Below are positions 27,900 through 37,307 of a stretch of 64,000 bases of DNA, piece by piece (positions within the stretch are counted from its first letter, which is position 1; each line of letters starts with the position of its first letter). The notes under the pieces were generated by a model. It searched no databases, was not told the origin of the DNA, and worked only from the letters and a program-made list of their open reading frames with translations. The position numbers and the translations under genes are program-made. The DNA is from a virus: IMG/VR virus record IMGVR_UViG_3300042090_003221, positions 1 through 64,000 of that record; one strand, written 5' to 3'.

Positions 27900-30284
27900 T
27901 TAGTTTGTCGCCCCGGTCAGGTTTCGGGTGATGTCGGCCGTCGAGCGGCCCATGTTCACCCCGACCATTTGCGCCGCGGCGTGCGGGTCGCCGGCGCCGT
28001 CGATATGGAACGTGTTGTGCTGTTCGACGCTCACGTTCTTGTCGCCGGTCGTATTGCCGCCGAGCGGTTGCGGGTTCGCGAAGGGGTTCGAAAGCGAGCC
28101 CCACGGGCTGCGAGAGCCACCGACGCCGGCGCCCTTCCAGGCCGGAATCGAACCAAAAGCGTCCGACGCCTTTTTGGACGCCGCAGCACCGATCGCATCG
28201 TGAAAGCGACTGGCGCTGTCGTTCCCGTTCCATTGGAAATGAAGGTGCGGACCGGTCCCGCCGCCCTCTCCGGGCTCGATCGAGTAGTCACCGGCTCCGG
28301 TGCCGAAAGCACCCTCCTTGAAGCCCATTGCGGCGAGCTTTTGGCGAACGATCGTCTTGTCCGCCTCGATGTCTCTCATGGTGGCGTCGAACGCGCGGCC
28401 CTGACCGTGCGCGCCATAGGGGCCGGAGCCGAGGCCTAAGACATGCGCGCCGTCGTTCAGCGCAGAGAAGGCGACGCTTGGGTCTGCACGCTGAAGCATG
28501 CGCGCGACATCGATCAAGCCGAGCTGCGCCGGGCCGCCAGCGACCGCTTGCCTGCCCTTGAGGTTCAGCCCGGAATAGTCGGTTCCGCTTGTCGCCGCCC
28601 CCGCCGCGCCGTCCGCCGCGGGAGCGGCCCCAAGCGGCTTGCCGCCAAGAGCCGCCGCGATCTGCTCGGGCGTATAGGGCGAACGGCCGCCTTCGATGTT
28701 TGTCATGCCGGCGAGCATCTTGGCGCGCGACGCGGGGTCGGAACCGACGGGTTGGTCTGGGTCAAGCCCGGTGAGCCGCTGGAGCTTGCGCGCGTAAGCC
28801 GCAGGATCGTTTGCGCCGTCACCAGCCGGAGCCCAGCGCTGCACGATCTGCGAAGGCGTAACCAAGCCCTTTCTGGCGTAGCTGTCCAAGTTTCGGTTCG
28901 CGGCTCTGTAGCCGTTCTCCATCGTGTCGAAGGTCGCAAAAGTGCCGTCAGAACCGGTGTATCCCGGCAGACCGCGCGCGAAATCGCCGTCGACAATGTT
29001 GCCCGGGTTGTTGTTGCGTAAGTTGCGGGGCTGGTTTCCGGTCAACTTCGGCAGAACACCGTCCTGACCCTCGCCGCCGGCTGCGGCCGGCGCGTCTTGG
29101 CCGCCTAGGAACTTGGGCGCGATCCTCTGCCACCAATTACGATTGTCAGCGGGCGGCTTCGCAAGCCGCTGCAGCTCCTCGACTTCGCCTGGACGGGCCG
29201 GGCCACCGCCAAGCTCCGGATGGTTCTTTCTGAGAATGCCCATCATGCCGGCGTTGCCGCTCGCGTCGCCGTAATTCATCAGACCGCCAACGGCGCCGCC
29301 TACCAGACCAGCGGCTCCAAGGGCTAATCCAAGCGTCCGGATAGCCGCAAGCGCGCCAAGAAACTTCGAACCGACCCAGATCCCGAAGAATACCTCAAAG
29401 GCATTCGTCAAGCCGCCGACGGCGTCGGTCATCTTGAAGAAAGTGTCCTTAACGTCCGTGAATTGCTTGTCGACCTTGTTCCAGTCGATGCCTTCGAACC
29501 ACTTGTCGAAACGCTCTGCGAGCCTGCCGACCGCGTCGGCGACTTTATTCACGACCTGCTCAATCTGCGGAGCATGATCTTCGATGAACTTCGTGAGGTG
29601 CTGCAGAGGCCCGTCCAAGGCCTTCATGATCTTGGTGAAAAGGTCGTCGGCGACGACGCCGAGGTCGTTGCTGACGCGGCGCCACGTCGTCATAAACGCG
29701 TTGGCGTCCTTGGAGGCCTGATCGGGGTCGAAACCCATGCGCTTGCGCGCCTCTTCGGCCTCTTTCTTGAATTGCAGGTAGCGCGGGTCGCGGCGCGCCA
29801 AAAACGTGCGCTCATCCATGCCGGCGAGCCCGCGGTAGATCTCCGCAGTCGTCGACGGCATCTTCTGAAACTTTTCCAGAAGGTCGAGATTATCCTCAAG
29901 CTTCCCCGTGACCTTGTTTAGGCCAAAGCCGACCGCGTTGAAATAGGCGATGTTACCTGGATTTTCGCGGAGCTTTTGCCCCATCGCCTCCAGCGAGGCC
30001 TGCGCCGCCTCAGCTGAGCCTCCGAGCTGCTCGACGGCGTAGCCCATATCGCGGATCGAGGCCGCGGTTGCCCCGGTGCGCTGCGACGAAAAATAGAGGC
30101 GATCGAACGTCTGCGCGACGTCTGCGACGGCTTCCGCCGCCTTGCGTGCGAGGGCCTCAAGAGCGTCAGTGAGGAGCTTGGCCTGGATCTCAGCGCCCCT
30201 CATCGCCTTGATGAAGCGGTCTTGCCCTTGCTCGTCGATTTTCCAACCGAGGCCAACCAAGAAATCTTTGATTGTCTCTGTCAC
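27900..30284 (-). CDS. Tape measure protein with peptidoglycan-hydrolase-like domains
   Basis: IKDFLVGLGW start; helical body; RNNNPGNI motif; C-terminal H..GRAFD...HLH. Confidence 0.85.
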   Translation of the reverse strand: MTETIKDFLVGLGWKIDEQGQDRFIKAMRGAEIQAKLLTDALEALARKAAEAVADVAQTFDRLYFSSQRTGATAASIRDMGYAVEQLGGSAEAAQASLEAMGQKLRENPGNIAYFNAVGFGLNKVTGKLEDNLDLLEKFQKMPSTTAEIYRGLAGMDERTFLARRDPRYLQFKKEAEEARKRMGFDPDQASKDANAFMTTWRRVSNDLGVVADDLFTKIMKALDGPLQHLTKFIEDHAPQIEQVVNKVADAVGRLAERFDKWFEGIDWNKVDKQFTDVKDTFFKMTDAVGGLTNAFEVFFGIWVGSKFLGALAAIRTLGLALGAAGLVGGAVGGLMNYGDASGNAGMMGILRKNHPELGGGPARPGEVEELQRLAKPPADNRNWWQRIAPKFLGGQDAPAAAGGEGQDGVLPKLTGNQPRNLRNNNPGNIVDGDFARGLPGYTGSDGTFATFDTMENGYRAANRNLDSYARKGLVTPSQIVQRWAPAGDGANDPAAYARKLQRLTGLDPDQPVGSDPASRAKMLAGMTNIEGGRSPYTPEQIAAALGGKPLGAAPAADGAAGAATSGTDYSGLNLKGRQAVAGGPAQLGLIDVARMLQRADPSVAFSALNDGAHVLGLGSGPYGAHGQGRAFDATMRDIEADKTIVRQKLAAMGFKEGAFGTGAGDYSIEPGEGGGTGPHLHFQWNGNDSASRFHDAIGAAASKKASDAFGSIPAWKGAGVGGSRSPWGSLSNPFANPQPLGGNTTGDKNVSVEQHNTFHIDGAGDPHAAAQMVGVNMGRSTADITRNLTGATN

Positions 30285-30303
30285 ATCGCCGTTCCTGTAA
30301 TAG

Positions 30304-30331
30304 AAAAAGGCGGCCCTAAGGCCGCCCTTTT
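30304..30331. terminator. Bidirectional-type intrinsic terminator
   Basis: AAAAA-GGCGGCC-CTAA-GGCCGCC-CTTTT. Confidence 0.75.
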
Positions 30332-30353
30332 GAGTTTTTCCAATTCATAAGTA

Positions 30354-31127
30354 TCAACTCGCCCGCGCAACAATTGGTCTGAACAGCTTTGCTAGTTTGG
30401 CCAGACCCTGCGGTGTGACGCGGACTTGCTCAGTGATTTTTTCCGTACCATCAGATCTGAGGACGGTCGTCACCTTGTGTTCAAGGTCGCCGTTCTGAAG
30501 CCGCTGTTGGTATCCAACCCAGTGATCAGATCCTACTCGTCGGTAAATCCAGTTGTGTGACTGTAGATATGAGATCAGGTCTTTCGGCCGCTGTTGGAGC
30601 GCTTTGGCGGCGTCCGTCATACAGAGCGAGCCGTCGGCCTTGGCGATGCGGTCAAGAGCCTCGGAATCGCCGAGCAATTCCTTGTTGCGTTCCTCCAGCG
30701 CCAGCACCTTCTCGGAGTAGGTGAGGAGTAGCCCACGCATCGCCGCCGGGTCGTTCAGGACCTGCATCGGGTCAACCGCGGGGCGCGCGCGCAGCTCAAT
30801 TTCCATGACGTTGAAAGCTTCGATGTAGCGCAGCTTCCACTTCAACGCCTTCTCGCCGGTGAAGCCCATAGCGAGCAGGGTGAACCCATCTCGGTCCATC
30901 TCGTAGTGGGACGTGCTTTCGCCGGTTAAGTCTTTGATTTTGAACGACGCAAAATTGCGTCGGCCCAATTCCGGCTCCTTCGAAATCAACTCGCGTATCG
31001 CGCGCAGCACTTCAGTGTGTCGGCGCCCGAAAAATTCGGCCACATGCCGGCTATCGGCGAAGACGCCGCCGTCCTTGATCGCGACGACGGGCTGTCGTTC
31101 TGCGTTTATGCTCGCCTCGGGTTCCAT
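30354..31127 (-). CDS. Rha-family regulator/antirepressor with KilAC (ANT) domain
   Basis: DSRHVAEFF.R.H..VLR, MDRDGFTLLAMGFTG.KA..WK..YI.AF; C-terminal TDAAK.L...W.Y...VT..G. Confidence 0.9.
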   Translation of the reverse strand: MEPEASINAERQPVVAIKDGGVFADSRHVAEFFGRRHTEVLRAIRELISKEPELGRRNFASFKIKDLTGESTSHYEMDRDGFTLLAMGFTGEKALKWKLRYIEAFNVMEIELRARPAVDPMQVLNDPAAMRGLLLTYSEKVLALEERNKELLGDSEALDRIAKADGSLCMTDAAKALQQRPKDLISYLQSHNWIYRRVGSDHWVGYQQRLQNGDLEHKVTTVLRSDGTEKITEQVRVTPQGLAKLAKLFRPIVARAS

Positions 31128-31261
31128 TTTCAGTCTCCATCGGCGCCCGGCCTTGACCGGCCCGCAGCGCACGGGTTCGCGATTCGCGAAACCGGGGCCG
31201 ATGAAGCCTCGGAACTTCGCGCTGATAATCCGCCCGGTCAAAGGCAGAATTCGTGTTCGGT

Positions 31262-31672
31262 TCAGATCGCGAGCAGATCGCGAACGATGCTGGCGGCGAC
31301 TACGGCATCGGTGGTGTAGCCGAATGCGCCGTCGCAGATTTCTTCGGTATCGCTGCCGCGGCACCACAGAATGGTGCGAGCCTTGACGCGGACCCCGTCC
31401 AAGGTCCTCGCCGGCATCGCCCGAATGCGCTCAACTAGTGCTTGAGTAGCCCGGTAGGACCTTCGGACGCCTGACTCATCGTCTTCAGATTCCTCGCCGG
31501 TGCAGGTTGTCCAAAGCGCGGTTTCGCGCGCCCATGCCGCCTCGAATTCCTTGCCAAGGGCGAGGATAGCCCAGTCCACAGAGGTCGGAACTAAGGCCGC
31601 CTCGGCGACCTTCGGCGAAACGGCGATGCTGCCAACTAGAGCAAGTGCCCGGCGGCGAGTTGCGGTCTCCAT
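31262..31672 (-). CDS. Hypothetical protein
   Basis: TRRRAL; PARTLDGVRVKAR; SIVRDLLA pattern common in alphaproteobacterial prophages. Confidence 0.7.
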   Translation of the reverse strand: METATRRRALALVGSIAVSPKVAEAALVPTSVDWAILALGKEFEAAWARETALWTTCTGEESEDDESGVRRSYRATQALVERIRAMPARTLDGVRVKARTILWCRGSDTEEICDGAFGYTTDAVVAASIVRDLLAI

Positions 31673-31673
31673 C

Positions 31674-31868
31674 TCACGCCTCCACGAGCTGGCGGCCGGC
31701 TCCGGCCGGCGACCGCGGCGACCGCGGCACGGGGATCGCGATCGCGGAGCCATTGTCGCGCTCGGAGCGCTCGAAGAACGCGCGCAGCACGGGATCACGG
31801 AACATGTCGGAGAGGCGGATGTCGTCAAGACGACGGGGAGAATTCGTGGTATCGGCGCGGTTAGCCAT
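31674..31868 (-). CDS. Hypothetical protein
   Basis: GGAG RBS; first gene of the Rha operon. Confidence 0.55.
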   Translation of the reverse strand: MANRADTTNSPRRLDDIRLSDMFRDPVLRAFFERSERDNGSAIAIPVPRSPRSPAGAGRQLVEA

Positions 31869-31899
31869 GATCGAACTCCAGACGTTCGGTTTTGGTTAG

Positions 31900-31985
31900 G
31901 GCCGGCTTGGTGGTAGGACACCTTGCCGGCCCGATTTGTTCGTGATAACACGATAGCATGAGCACGTCAACTGGTGATAACACGA
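31900..31985. promoter_or_regulatory. Divergent control region: hairpin plus direct repeat GTGATAACACGA
   Basis: GGGCCGGC...GCCGGCCC stem at 31900-31932; repeats at 31942-31953 and 31974-31985 flank a minus-strand TTGACG. Confidence 0.6.
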
Positions 31986-32146
31986 AAGCGCGAAAAAGGC
32001 GCCCCGAGGCTACCGGCACGCTAGTCGGTGTTCGGCTGCAGGATACTTTCCTAGCGAAAGTCGATGCTTGGCGGAAAAGTCAGGGCGATCTTCCGGGCCG
32101 CCCCGAGGCGATCCGCCGCCTTGTCGAGAAGGCGCTGGAGAAATAA
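31958..32146 (+). CDS. Ribbon-helix-helix regulator
   Basis: G.LVGVRLQ...VDAWR....RPEAIRRLVE.AL. Confidence 0.85.
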   Translation: MSTSTGDNTKARKRRPEATGTLVGVRLQDTFLAKVDAWRKSQGDLPGRPEAIRRLVEKALEK

Positions 32147-32175
32147 CCTTCTCAACCAGAAAAAGGGGGATCGAC

Positions 32176-32763
32176 ATGGCGCTAAAGGCGTGCCGAGAAT
32201 GTGGGAAAGAAGTCAGCACTGAAGCCGACAAGTGTCCTCATTGCGGAGTTGGGGACCCGACTTGGTCTATCCGCAATGACAGGACAAAGCGAGGAAAAGC
32301 ATGGGCTGCATTTCTTTCTTTTGCCGTTGTTGTATTTGGCGTCGCGAGATTTCTGGATAGTAACAGCGCGCAGCATTCCGAAGGTCAGGCCGATATTCAG
32401 CGACCGGAAGCGCTTTCGCCATCAGTCAAAGCGTCGCCGTCCCCGTCTTGCGCTTCAGATTGGCGTCTTTGTAAAGATAACACCGATTTTGTGGAAAACA
32501 ATTTGTTTGGTTGGGGACGAGTTAAGGGAGAATGCAAGGAAGCCGCAGAAACAAAATCTAAATTTGGCACTCCAGAGTGGCCGTGGCTCGCTTTTCATTC
32601 CTATATTGGAGGCGATAGCATCCACAATACTGGAACAATATTTGTAAGCGAAGACGACGCTAAATTTTCCAATGCATTTGGAGCGATGGAAAAGGTATCA
32701 GTTGAATGTGTATACGATCTAAAAGGGTCGATGGTAAAGGAAGCTATAATCATTCAGCGTTAG
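32176..32763 (+). CDS. Zn-ribbon membrane protein (low-GC moron, possible superinfection exclusion)
   Basis: CRECGKEVS..A..CPHCG, TM helix, Cys-containing exterior domain; visibly AT-richer. Confidence 0.75.
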   Translation: MALKACRECGKEVSTEADKCPHCGVGDPTWSIRNDRTKRGKAWAAFLSFAVVVFGVARFLDSNSAQHSEGQADIQRPEALSPSVKASPSPSCASDWRLCKDNTDFVENNLFGWGRVKGECKEAAETKSKFGTPEWPWLAFHSYIGGDSIHNTGTIFVSEDDAKFSNAFGAMEKVSVECVYDLKGSMVKEAIIIQR

Positions 32764-32764
32764 A

Positions 32765-33010
32765 CTAGCGCCCGCCCTGCGCTTTGGAGGCAGTCCGGGC
32801 GCGATCTTGGTTCTCCGCCTTGGCGTCGAGCATGTCATTCATGAGCGCGATGTCAGCGAGGTCGAGTGTGCCGTCTTTCAGGCTTTCGTACTTGCAATAC
32901 CCGGCGTCGACCGGCCGCAACAGCCAGTCCAAGTTGTCGGGGAGCAGGACCGGATCGTAGGTTAACCCTGCGCCCCGCCGCGGGAAGCGGAGAGGCTTGC
33001 GGGCAAAAAA
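32765..33010 (-). CDS. Downstream tail chaperone segment, probably reached by -1 frameshift
   Basis: DWLLRPV..G.C.YESLKDGTLDLADIALMND; no ATG start; TTTTTTG at 33010-33004. Confidence 0.7.
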   Translation of the reverse strand, partial: FFARKPLRFPRRGAGLTYDPVLLPDNLDWLLRPVDAGYCKYESLKDGTLDLADIALMNDMLDAKAENQDRARTASKAQGGR

Positions 33011-33429
33011 TTGGAGAAAACCTCCTGCAGCGCGAGCGCGACAACGCGGAGCATCACCGCCAAGTCGCTGTTGATCTCCTCGAACATGGAGCGGTTGGCG
33101 TCCGAGCTCCAGACCCGCGCCCAGCCCTCCCTGCCGTCCTCCTTGCGGTCGACGAGCTCGAGGCAGGAGCCGATGATGAGGCGACGGTCCTCTTCGCTCA
33201 TCTTGGCGAGCTCGCGGGAGACAGGCGTGATGATCTGCCCCAGGCGATCGAGCGGCATAGCGGCGAGGTTGCCGAGGCCATCGCGGCGCAGCTCGATTAG
33301 CAGCGGCGCGAGCTCGCCGACGCCGGATGCGATCAGCGGCGAGATCTTGGACGCCACCGCCAGCTGCCTGAAGGCGTCCATCTTGCGCGCGACGCGATAG
33401 GTCGCGCCGTTGATTTGAAGCGTAGCCAT
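32962..33429 (-). CDS. Tail assembly chaperone
   Basis: I.G..YR...KMDAF.Q..V..K..P; located between tube and tape measure. Confidence 0.8.
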   Translation of the reverse strand: MATLQINGATYRVARKMDAFRQLAVASKISPLIASGVGELAPLLIELRRDGLGNLAAMPLDRLGQIITPVSRELAKMSEEDRRLIIGSCLELVDRKEDGREGWARVWSSDANRSMFEEINSDLAVMLRVVALALQEVFSNFLPASLSASRGGAQG

Positions 33430-33432
33430 CTA

Positions 33433-33903
33433 TCAGACCCCGCCGGTCGACTGGTAGTTGTCGCCGAGGATCTGCTCGGAGGCGATGCAGTCGAATTCCC
33501 AGACGTTCATCGCGCCCTCGGTCTTGTAGCCAAGGTTCGTCTGCTTGATGAAGGCGCCGCCCGTGCAAACGATCGAGTCGCCGGTGACGGCGTTGGTGAT
33601 CGTCAGCACGTTCTGCCCCCAATAGGCCGAGGAAACCGCCTGATGGCGATAGAGCGCGTTGAGCTGCGCGTTGCCGGTGGCGGTCTTGAGCAGCGAGACC
33701 GATACGCGCACCGCGGTCGAGGCGCGCAACGAGTGCATGCCATCGCCGCCGGCGCCGACGGTCATTGTGTTCTTGTCGGCCACCTGGGAGAGGCTGATGC
33801 CCTCGTCGGAGAGGCCGGCCGACGAGAGGCTGAACGAGCCCCCAGGGCCGGAAATCGACGCGTTGACGTCAAGGAACGAATAGGCGCCCATCTGAACAGC
33901 CAT
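33433..33903 (-). CDS. Tail tube protein (DUF3277-like)
   Basis: YSFLDV.ASI.GPGG, EGI, KNTMTVGA.G.GMHSL, W.FDC. Confidence 0.88.
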   Translation of the reverse strand: MAVQMGAYSFLDVNASISGPGGSFSLSSAGLSDEGISLSQVADKNTMTVGAGGDGMHSLRASTAVRVSVSLLKTATGNAQLNALYRHQAVSSAYWGQNVLTITNAVTGDSIVCTGGAFIKQTNLGYKTEGAMNVWEFDCIASEQILGDNYQSTGGV

Positions 33904-33931
33904 TTTACCTGCCTCCTAAAGTTGGGCGCAA

Positions 33932-35446
33932 TCAGGGATTAACCGAAAGCAGCACGTTGACGGTCTGGACCGCGCCAGCGAGTTTTACTGCAACTTGGAA
34001 AGGAACCGAAACGCGCTCTTCGCGCAAATTCTCGGCCTGCGTTGCGACTGGAGGGTAATATATGTAATACCCCTTCGACAGCGTGCCGCCCTGCGCGAGC
34101 ATGCCGAAGCCGGCAGCGTTCCATTGCCCCGGGGCGAGCAGACCGTTGTTGATGCCAGCCTCGCAGCCCTGCGCGATGGCGTTGGCGATAAGATCGGAGC
34201 CCGCGTCGGTCTGCGGGACCTTGGTCGTGATCGTGTAGAGCAGGTTGAAGACGTCGGTCTGGATCTGGTTTTGCAACCAATCGACGCCCTGGACCTCGTC
34301 GAACCAGTAGCCGTTCGTCATCTGCCCGTTCCAGAGCATGACGGCGCCGTTGTTGACTTTGATGTTGCAGTTCCCGCCCTTGGCGATCAGCGTCGAGAAT
34401 TGCGTCTCGTTGAGGTTCTCGCCCTGAAGGCCCGGCGCCTGCTTATAGGCGAGCGTCAGCGTCGAGTTGTTCGCTGTGAAGTCGACGGTGAAGCCGCGGC
34501 CAAACAGCGTCGCGACCGCATAGGGGTTGTAGCCCGAAAACATCCAAAAGACGCGGCGGTTGTTGAGCGACTGCAGCACGCTCGCGAGGTCGCTGGTCTG
34601 CGTCGGATCGAGGCAGGCGGTGTTGGTGATCGTGGTGCCGAAAATCCGGGTGCGCGATCCCGCGAGGATGAAGGAAGCCACGGCGATATAGTCGGCCTGG
34701 GCCAACGCGACCGTGGTGGCGTCCATCATGCCGTACCAAGCCGACGTCGCCCCGGCGAGCGCCTGAACCGCGGTCAGCGCGGCCTCCGCAGCGGAGCCGA
34801 TGACGGGCGCGGAGGCGCCGGAGGCGGCCGTGAGGCCAAGCAGGGTCGAGATATCGGTGGACCCGCCCAGCGTCACCAGCGTCGAGCCGTAGCTGACGCT
34901 CGACGTCGCGCCTGTGGTTCCGGAGCGGATCTCGAAGCGGCCGAAGCTCGAATTCCAGACGCACGTCACGCCGGCGCCGAACGAGGTGACGAGCGCGGTC
35001 TGGATGATGGCCGCGACGCCGTTGATGTTGATCGCACCGCTGAAATTCAGCGCAGTGATATCGTGCGGAGTCCCGTTGACCACGATATGGAATGAGCCGT
35101 TAGCGACGGCGGTGAAGACGCTGAGAAGCTGTTGCAGCGCCGTCAGCTGCGCGGCCTTGAGCAAGCCGGCGGTCGCCGTCGACGCCCAGCGGCCGATGTA
35201 GAGAATCGCCGGCTGCGGCGACTGCTCGAAGAACAGCGTCGCGGCCTGATACTCCGGCGTGATCGACGTGAAATCCGCCGAGACCTGCAGAATGTTCGAA
35301 TACATGCGATAGCGCTCGCCGAGGTCGATGACGGCGGAATCACCCAGGATCATGAGCGTGCCGAAATTCTCGAACGGCACAGCGTTCGGCGTGAAGGCCA
35401 CGCTGACATTGACGAAATCCGAGACGTCCACGGTTATTGCAGACAT
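33932..35446 (-). CDS. Tail sheath protein (DUF3383-like)
   Basis: PEY.AA..FF.QSPQP..LYIGRW; DE..G.DWLQN.IQ; KVPQTD.G; KLAGAV. Confidence 0.92.
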   Translation of the reverse strand: MSAITVDVSDFVNVSVAFTPNAVPFENFGTLMILGDSAVIDLGERYRMYSNILQVSADFTSITPEYQAATLFFEQSPQPAILYIGRWASTATAGLLKAAQLTALQQLLSVFTAVANGSFHIVVNGTPHDITALNFSGAININGVAAIIQTALVTSFGAGVTCVWNSSFGRFEIRSGTTGATSSVSYGSTLVTLGGSTDISTLLGLTAASGASAPVIGSAAEAALTAVQALAGATSAWYGMMDATTVALAQADYIAVASFILAGSRTRIFGTTITNTACLDPTQTSDLASVLQSLNNRRVFWMFSGYNPYAVATLFGRGFTVDFTANNSTLTLAYKQAPGLQGENLNETQFSTLIAKGGNCNIKVNNGAVMLWNGQMTNGYWFDEVQGVDWLQNQIQTDVFNLLYTITTKVPQTDAGSDLIANAIAQGCEAGINNGLLAPGQWNAAGFGMLAQGGTLSKGYYIYYPPVATQAENLREERVSVPFQVAVKLAGAVQTVNVLLSVNP

Positions 35447-35461
35447 GGGGCGAAGCTTTCC

Positions 35462-36070
35462 TTATTCGACGAGCGGAGAAACGGATTGCGGTGTTTGCAG
35501 CGGGTCGCTGACGCCGAGGTCGGTGGCGACGGTTCCCTGCATCTGCAGGAGGTTTAGGATCGTCCAATTGAGGACCGTGCGACGGCGGAAGCGCATCGAG
35601 ATATCGACGCGCCGCAGCGTGCGTTGGTTGACCATGTCAGGCAGGAATCGCGACTTGCCGGGGATCTCGACGAGCGCGAGGCCTACGAAGTAGAGCTTCT
35701 CGCGGTTCTGAGGGATCATCAGGCCGGTGCGCAGCACCTTGGCGTTGCCGCGCGCGCTTGGTCCGTAGAAGCTCGCGAGGACCGTGATGATGTCGTTGTC
35801 GACCGAGGTCGACGACCCTTGCCCGACGCCGCTGTGCAGGAGCGAAATGTTCGGGTCCGGGTCCTCGTCGACGACGCCGATCGCGCACCAGTCGGTCGAC
35901 GCCTCGGGCTGCGTCGGCGGCACGAGCTGCCAGCGCGGCCGCACAAGGTTTCCGGGCAAGCCGACGACGCCGGCGACGAGCCCAACTAGGATAGCGTCGA
36001 GCGCGGCGTCTTCGGCCGGCAGCGCCGTCGTCGGCGCGAGATAGCCGCCCGTGCTCGAGTCGTTAGCCAC
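35462..36070 (-). CDS. Neck/tail terminator protein
   Basis: NDSSTGGYL.P; VRPRWQ..PP..P....WCA.GV; SFYGP; QNRE.L. Confidence 0.82.
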   Translation of the reverse strand: MANDSSTGGYLAPTTALPAEDAALDAILVGLVAGVVGLPGNLVRPRWQLVPPTQPEASTDWCAIGVVDEDPDPNISLLHSGVGQGSSTSVDNDIITVLASFYGPSARGNAKVLRTGLMIPQNREKLYFVGLALVEIPGKSRFLPDMVNQRTLRRVDISMRFRRRTVLNWTILNLLQMQGTVATDLGVSDPLQTPQSVSPLVE

Positions 36071-36083
36071 GGGCGCGGCGAGC

Positions 36084-36395
36084 TTAGAACTTGACCGCGG
36101 AAATCAGGCGCGCGCCGTGCGGCGTCCCCGCCCACGGATGCGGCGCCTTGACGCCCGCCGCGGCGCGGCCGGGGCGGCTGATGCGGGCGAGAACGTGCCG
36201 CGCCTTGAGGTTAAGCGGAGGCTTTTCGAGCTGGTGCATCACGAAGGCGATCTGCACGATGGCGAGCGTGCGCGGGTCCTTGACGCGCTCGACGTGGATC
36301 GTCACGTTCGCGACGTCGACCCAGGTCTGTATCGCGGTCTCGTCATAGCGCGAGGCGTGCGGAAACGCCGACTTGACGTCGTCAGTCGAGATCAT
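36084..36395 (-). CDS. Short DUF4054-like paralogue
   Basis: AFP...W...A...FVMH.L...W..T..G.RL mirrors 37308..37727. Confidence 0.55.
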   Translation of the reverse strand: MISTDDVKSAFPHASRYDETAIQTWVDVANVTIHVERVKDPRTLAIVQIAFVMHQLEKPPLNLKARHVLARISRPGRAAAGVKAPHPWAGTPHGARLISAVKF

Positions 36396-36408
36396 CGGTC
36401 ATTCCTGT

Positions 36409-36801
36409 TCAGGTTGGCGGGTTGAGGGTCTGCAGATCGCAGGAGGCGTGAATGAAGCCGGCGCCGAAGGATGAGTAATCCTCGGTTGCGCAGACCACGT
36501 AAGCGGCGCCGTGCCATGTCACGACATCAGCGACGCGCTCGCTGACGTCATCGATGCGATGGCCCGACGTGAGTGCGTCGCCGCGGAGATAGACGTCAAT
36601 GAACGCGGTCACGCGCGTACCGTCGTCCAAACGGCGAAGGCTTCCCTTCCCGGGGACGACGATCGCGGACGTGATCGTTGTTGTGGTCGACGCCGTCGCG
36701 CTCACGCCGCCAGCGCCGATGATCTTGGTTTCGGACGTGATGCCGATCGTGTCGTTGAACTCGCGGGAACCGAGAACGTCGCTAAAATCCATATCAGGCA
36801 T
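36409..36801 (-). CDS. Head-closure protein
   Basis: D.SDVL...F.D; LRRL; ADVV.W.G..Y.V....YS.FG.GF. Confidence 0.8.
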   Translation of the reverse strand: MPDMDFSDVLGSREFNDTIGITSETKIIGAGGVSATASTTTTITSAIVVPGKGSLRRLDDGTRVTAFIDVYLRGDALTSGHRIDDVSERVADVVTWHGAAYVVCATEDYSSFGAGFIHASCDLQTLNPPT

Positions 36802-36804
36802 GGA

Positions 36805-37305
36805 TCACGGTTCCTTTTTCGCGATAACGTAAGTGACCGCCTGCCTCATCGCGCCGGTGTCACGCAGCGGGTCCGTTCTGGTGACGCCTCTCGCTACGCG
36901 CTTGGCGATCGTGAGCGGCGCCAGCGGCGCGAACGGACCGTCAACAATCTTTTGCTGGACAGCCGCAGCCGCTATCAGGCCGACCGCCGTCATTTGCTGG
37001 TCGACCTGCGAGAGGTCGCCGTCGAGCGCCTTGACGCCCGCCTTCTTGAACCGCGCAATGGCGTCGGGGAGGATCTTCTCGACGCCCGGGATCAGGAAGG
37101 GGCGAGCTGGGATATTTCTCTCGGGGACGCCGAATTCATGGATATAGCCGAGCTCGGAATTAGTGATCGGCTCCTCGTCGTCGTCCGGATCTCGGGGGCG
37201 CTCCGCGCTCTCCTTCGGGATCCCGACGAGCACCTCCTTCGAGGTCAGGGATTTGATGGCGGCGAGGACGTCGTTGAGGCGCCCCTTCGTGACCTTGACG
37301 CCCAA
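36805..37305 (-). CDS. Neck/tail completion protein
   Basis: TTG start; VLVGIP, IHEFG....IPARPFL.PG, PL.DTG.M..AVTYV. Confidence 0.82.
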   Translation of the reverse strand: MGVKVTKGRLNDVLAAIKSLTSKEVLVGIPKESAERPRDPDDDEEPITNSELGYIHEFGVPERNIPARPFLIPGVEKILPDAIARFKKAGVKALDGDLSQVDQQMTAVGLIAAAAVQQKIVDGPFAPLAPLTIAKRVARGVTRTDPLRDTGAMRQAVTYVIAKKEP

Positions 37306-37307
37306 CG

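Noticed and set aside
30354-31367. Longest-ORF starts given in the track (also 7204, 14626, 37596, 40021, 57041, 61254, 63971)
   Set aside because: They overlap neighbouring genes and lack an RBS; downstream starts with RBS or coupling were used instead
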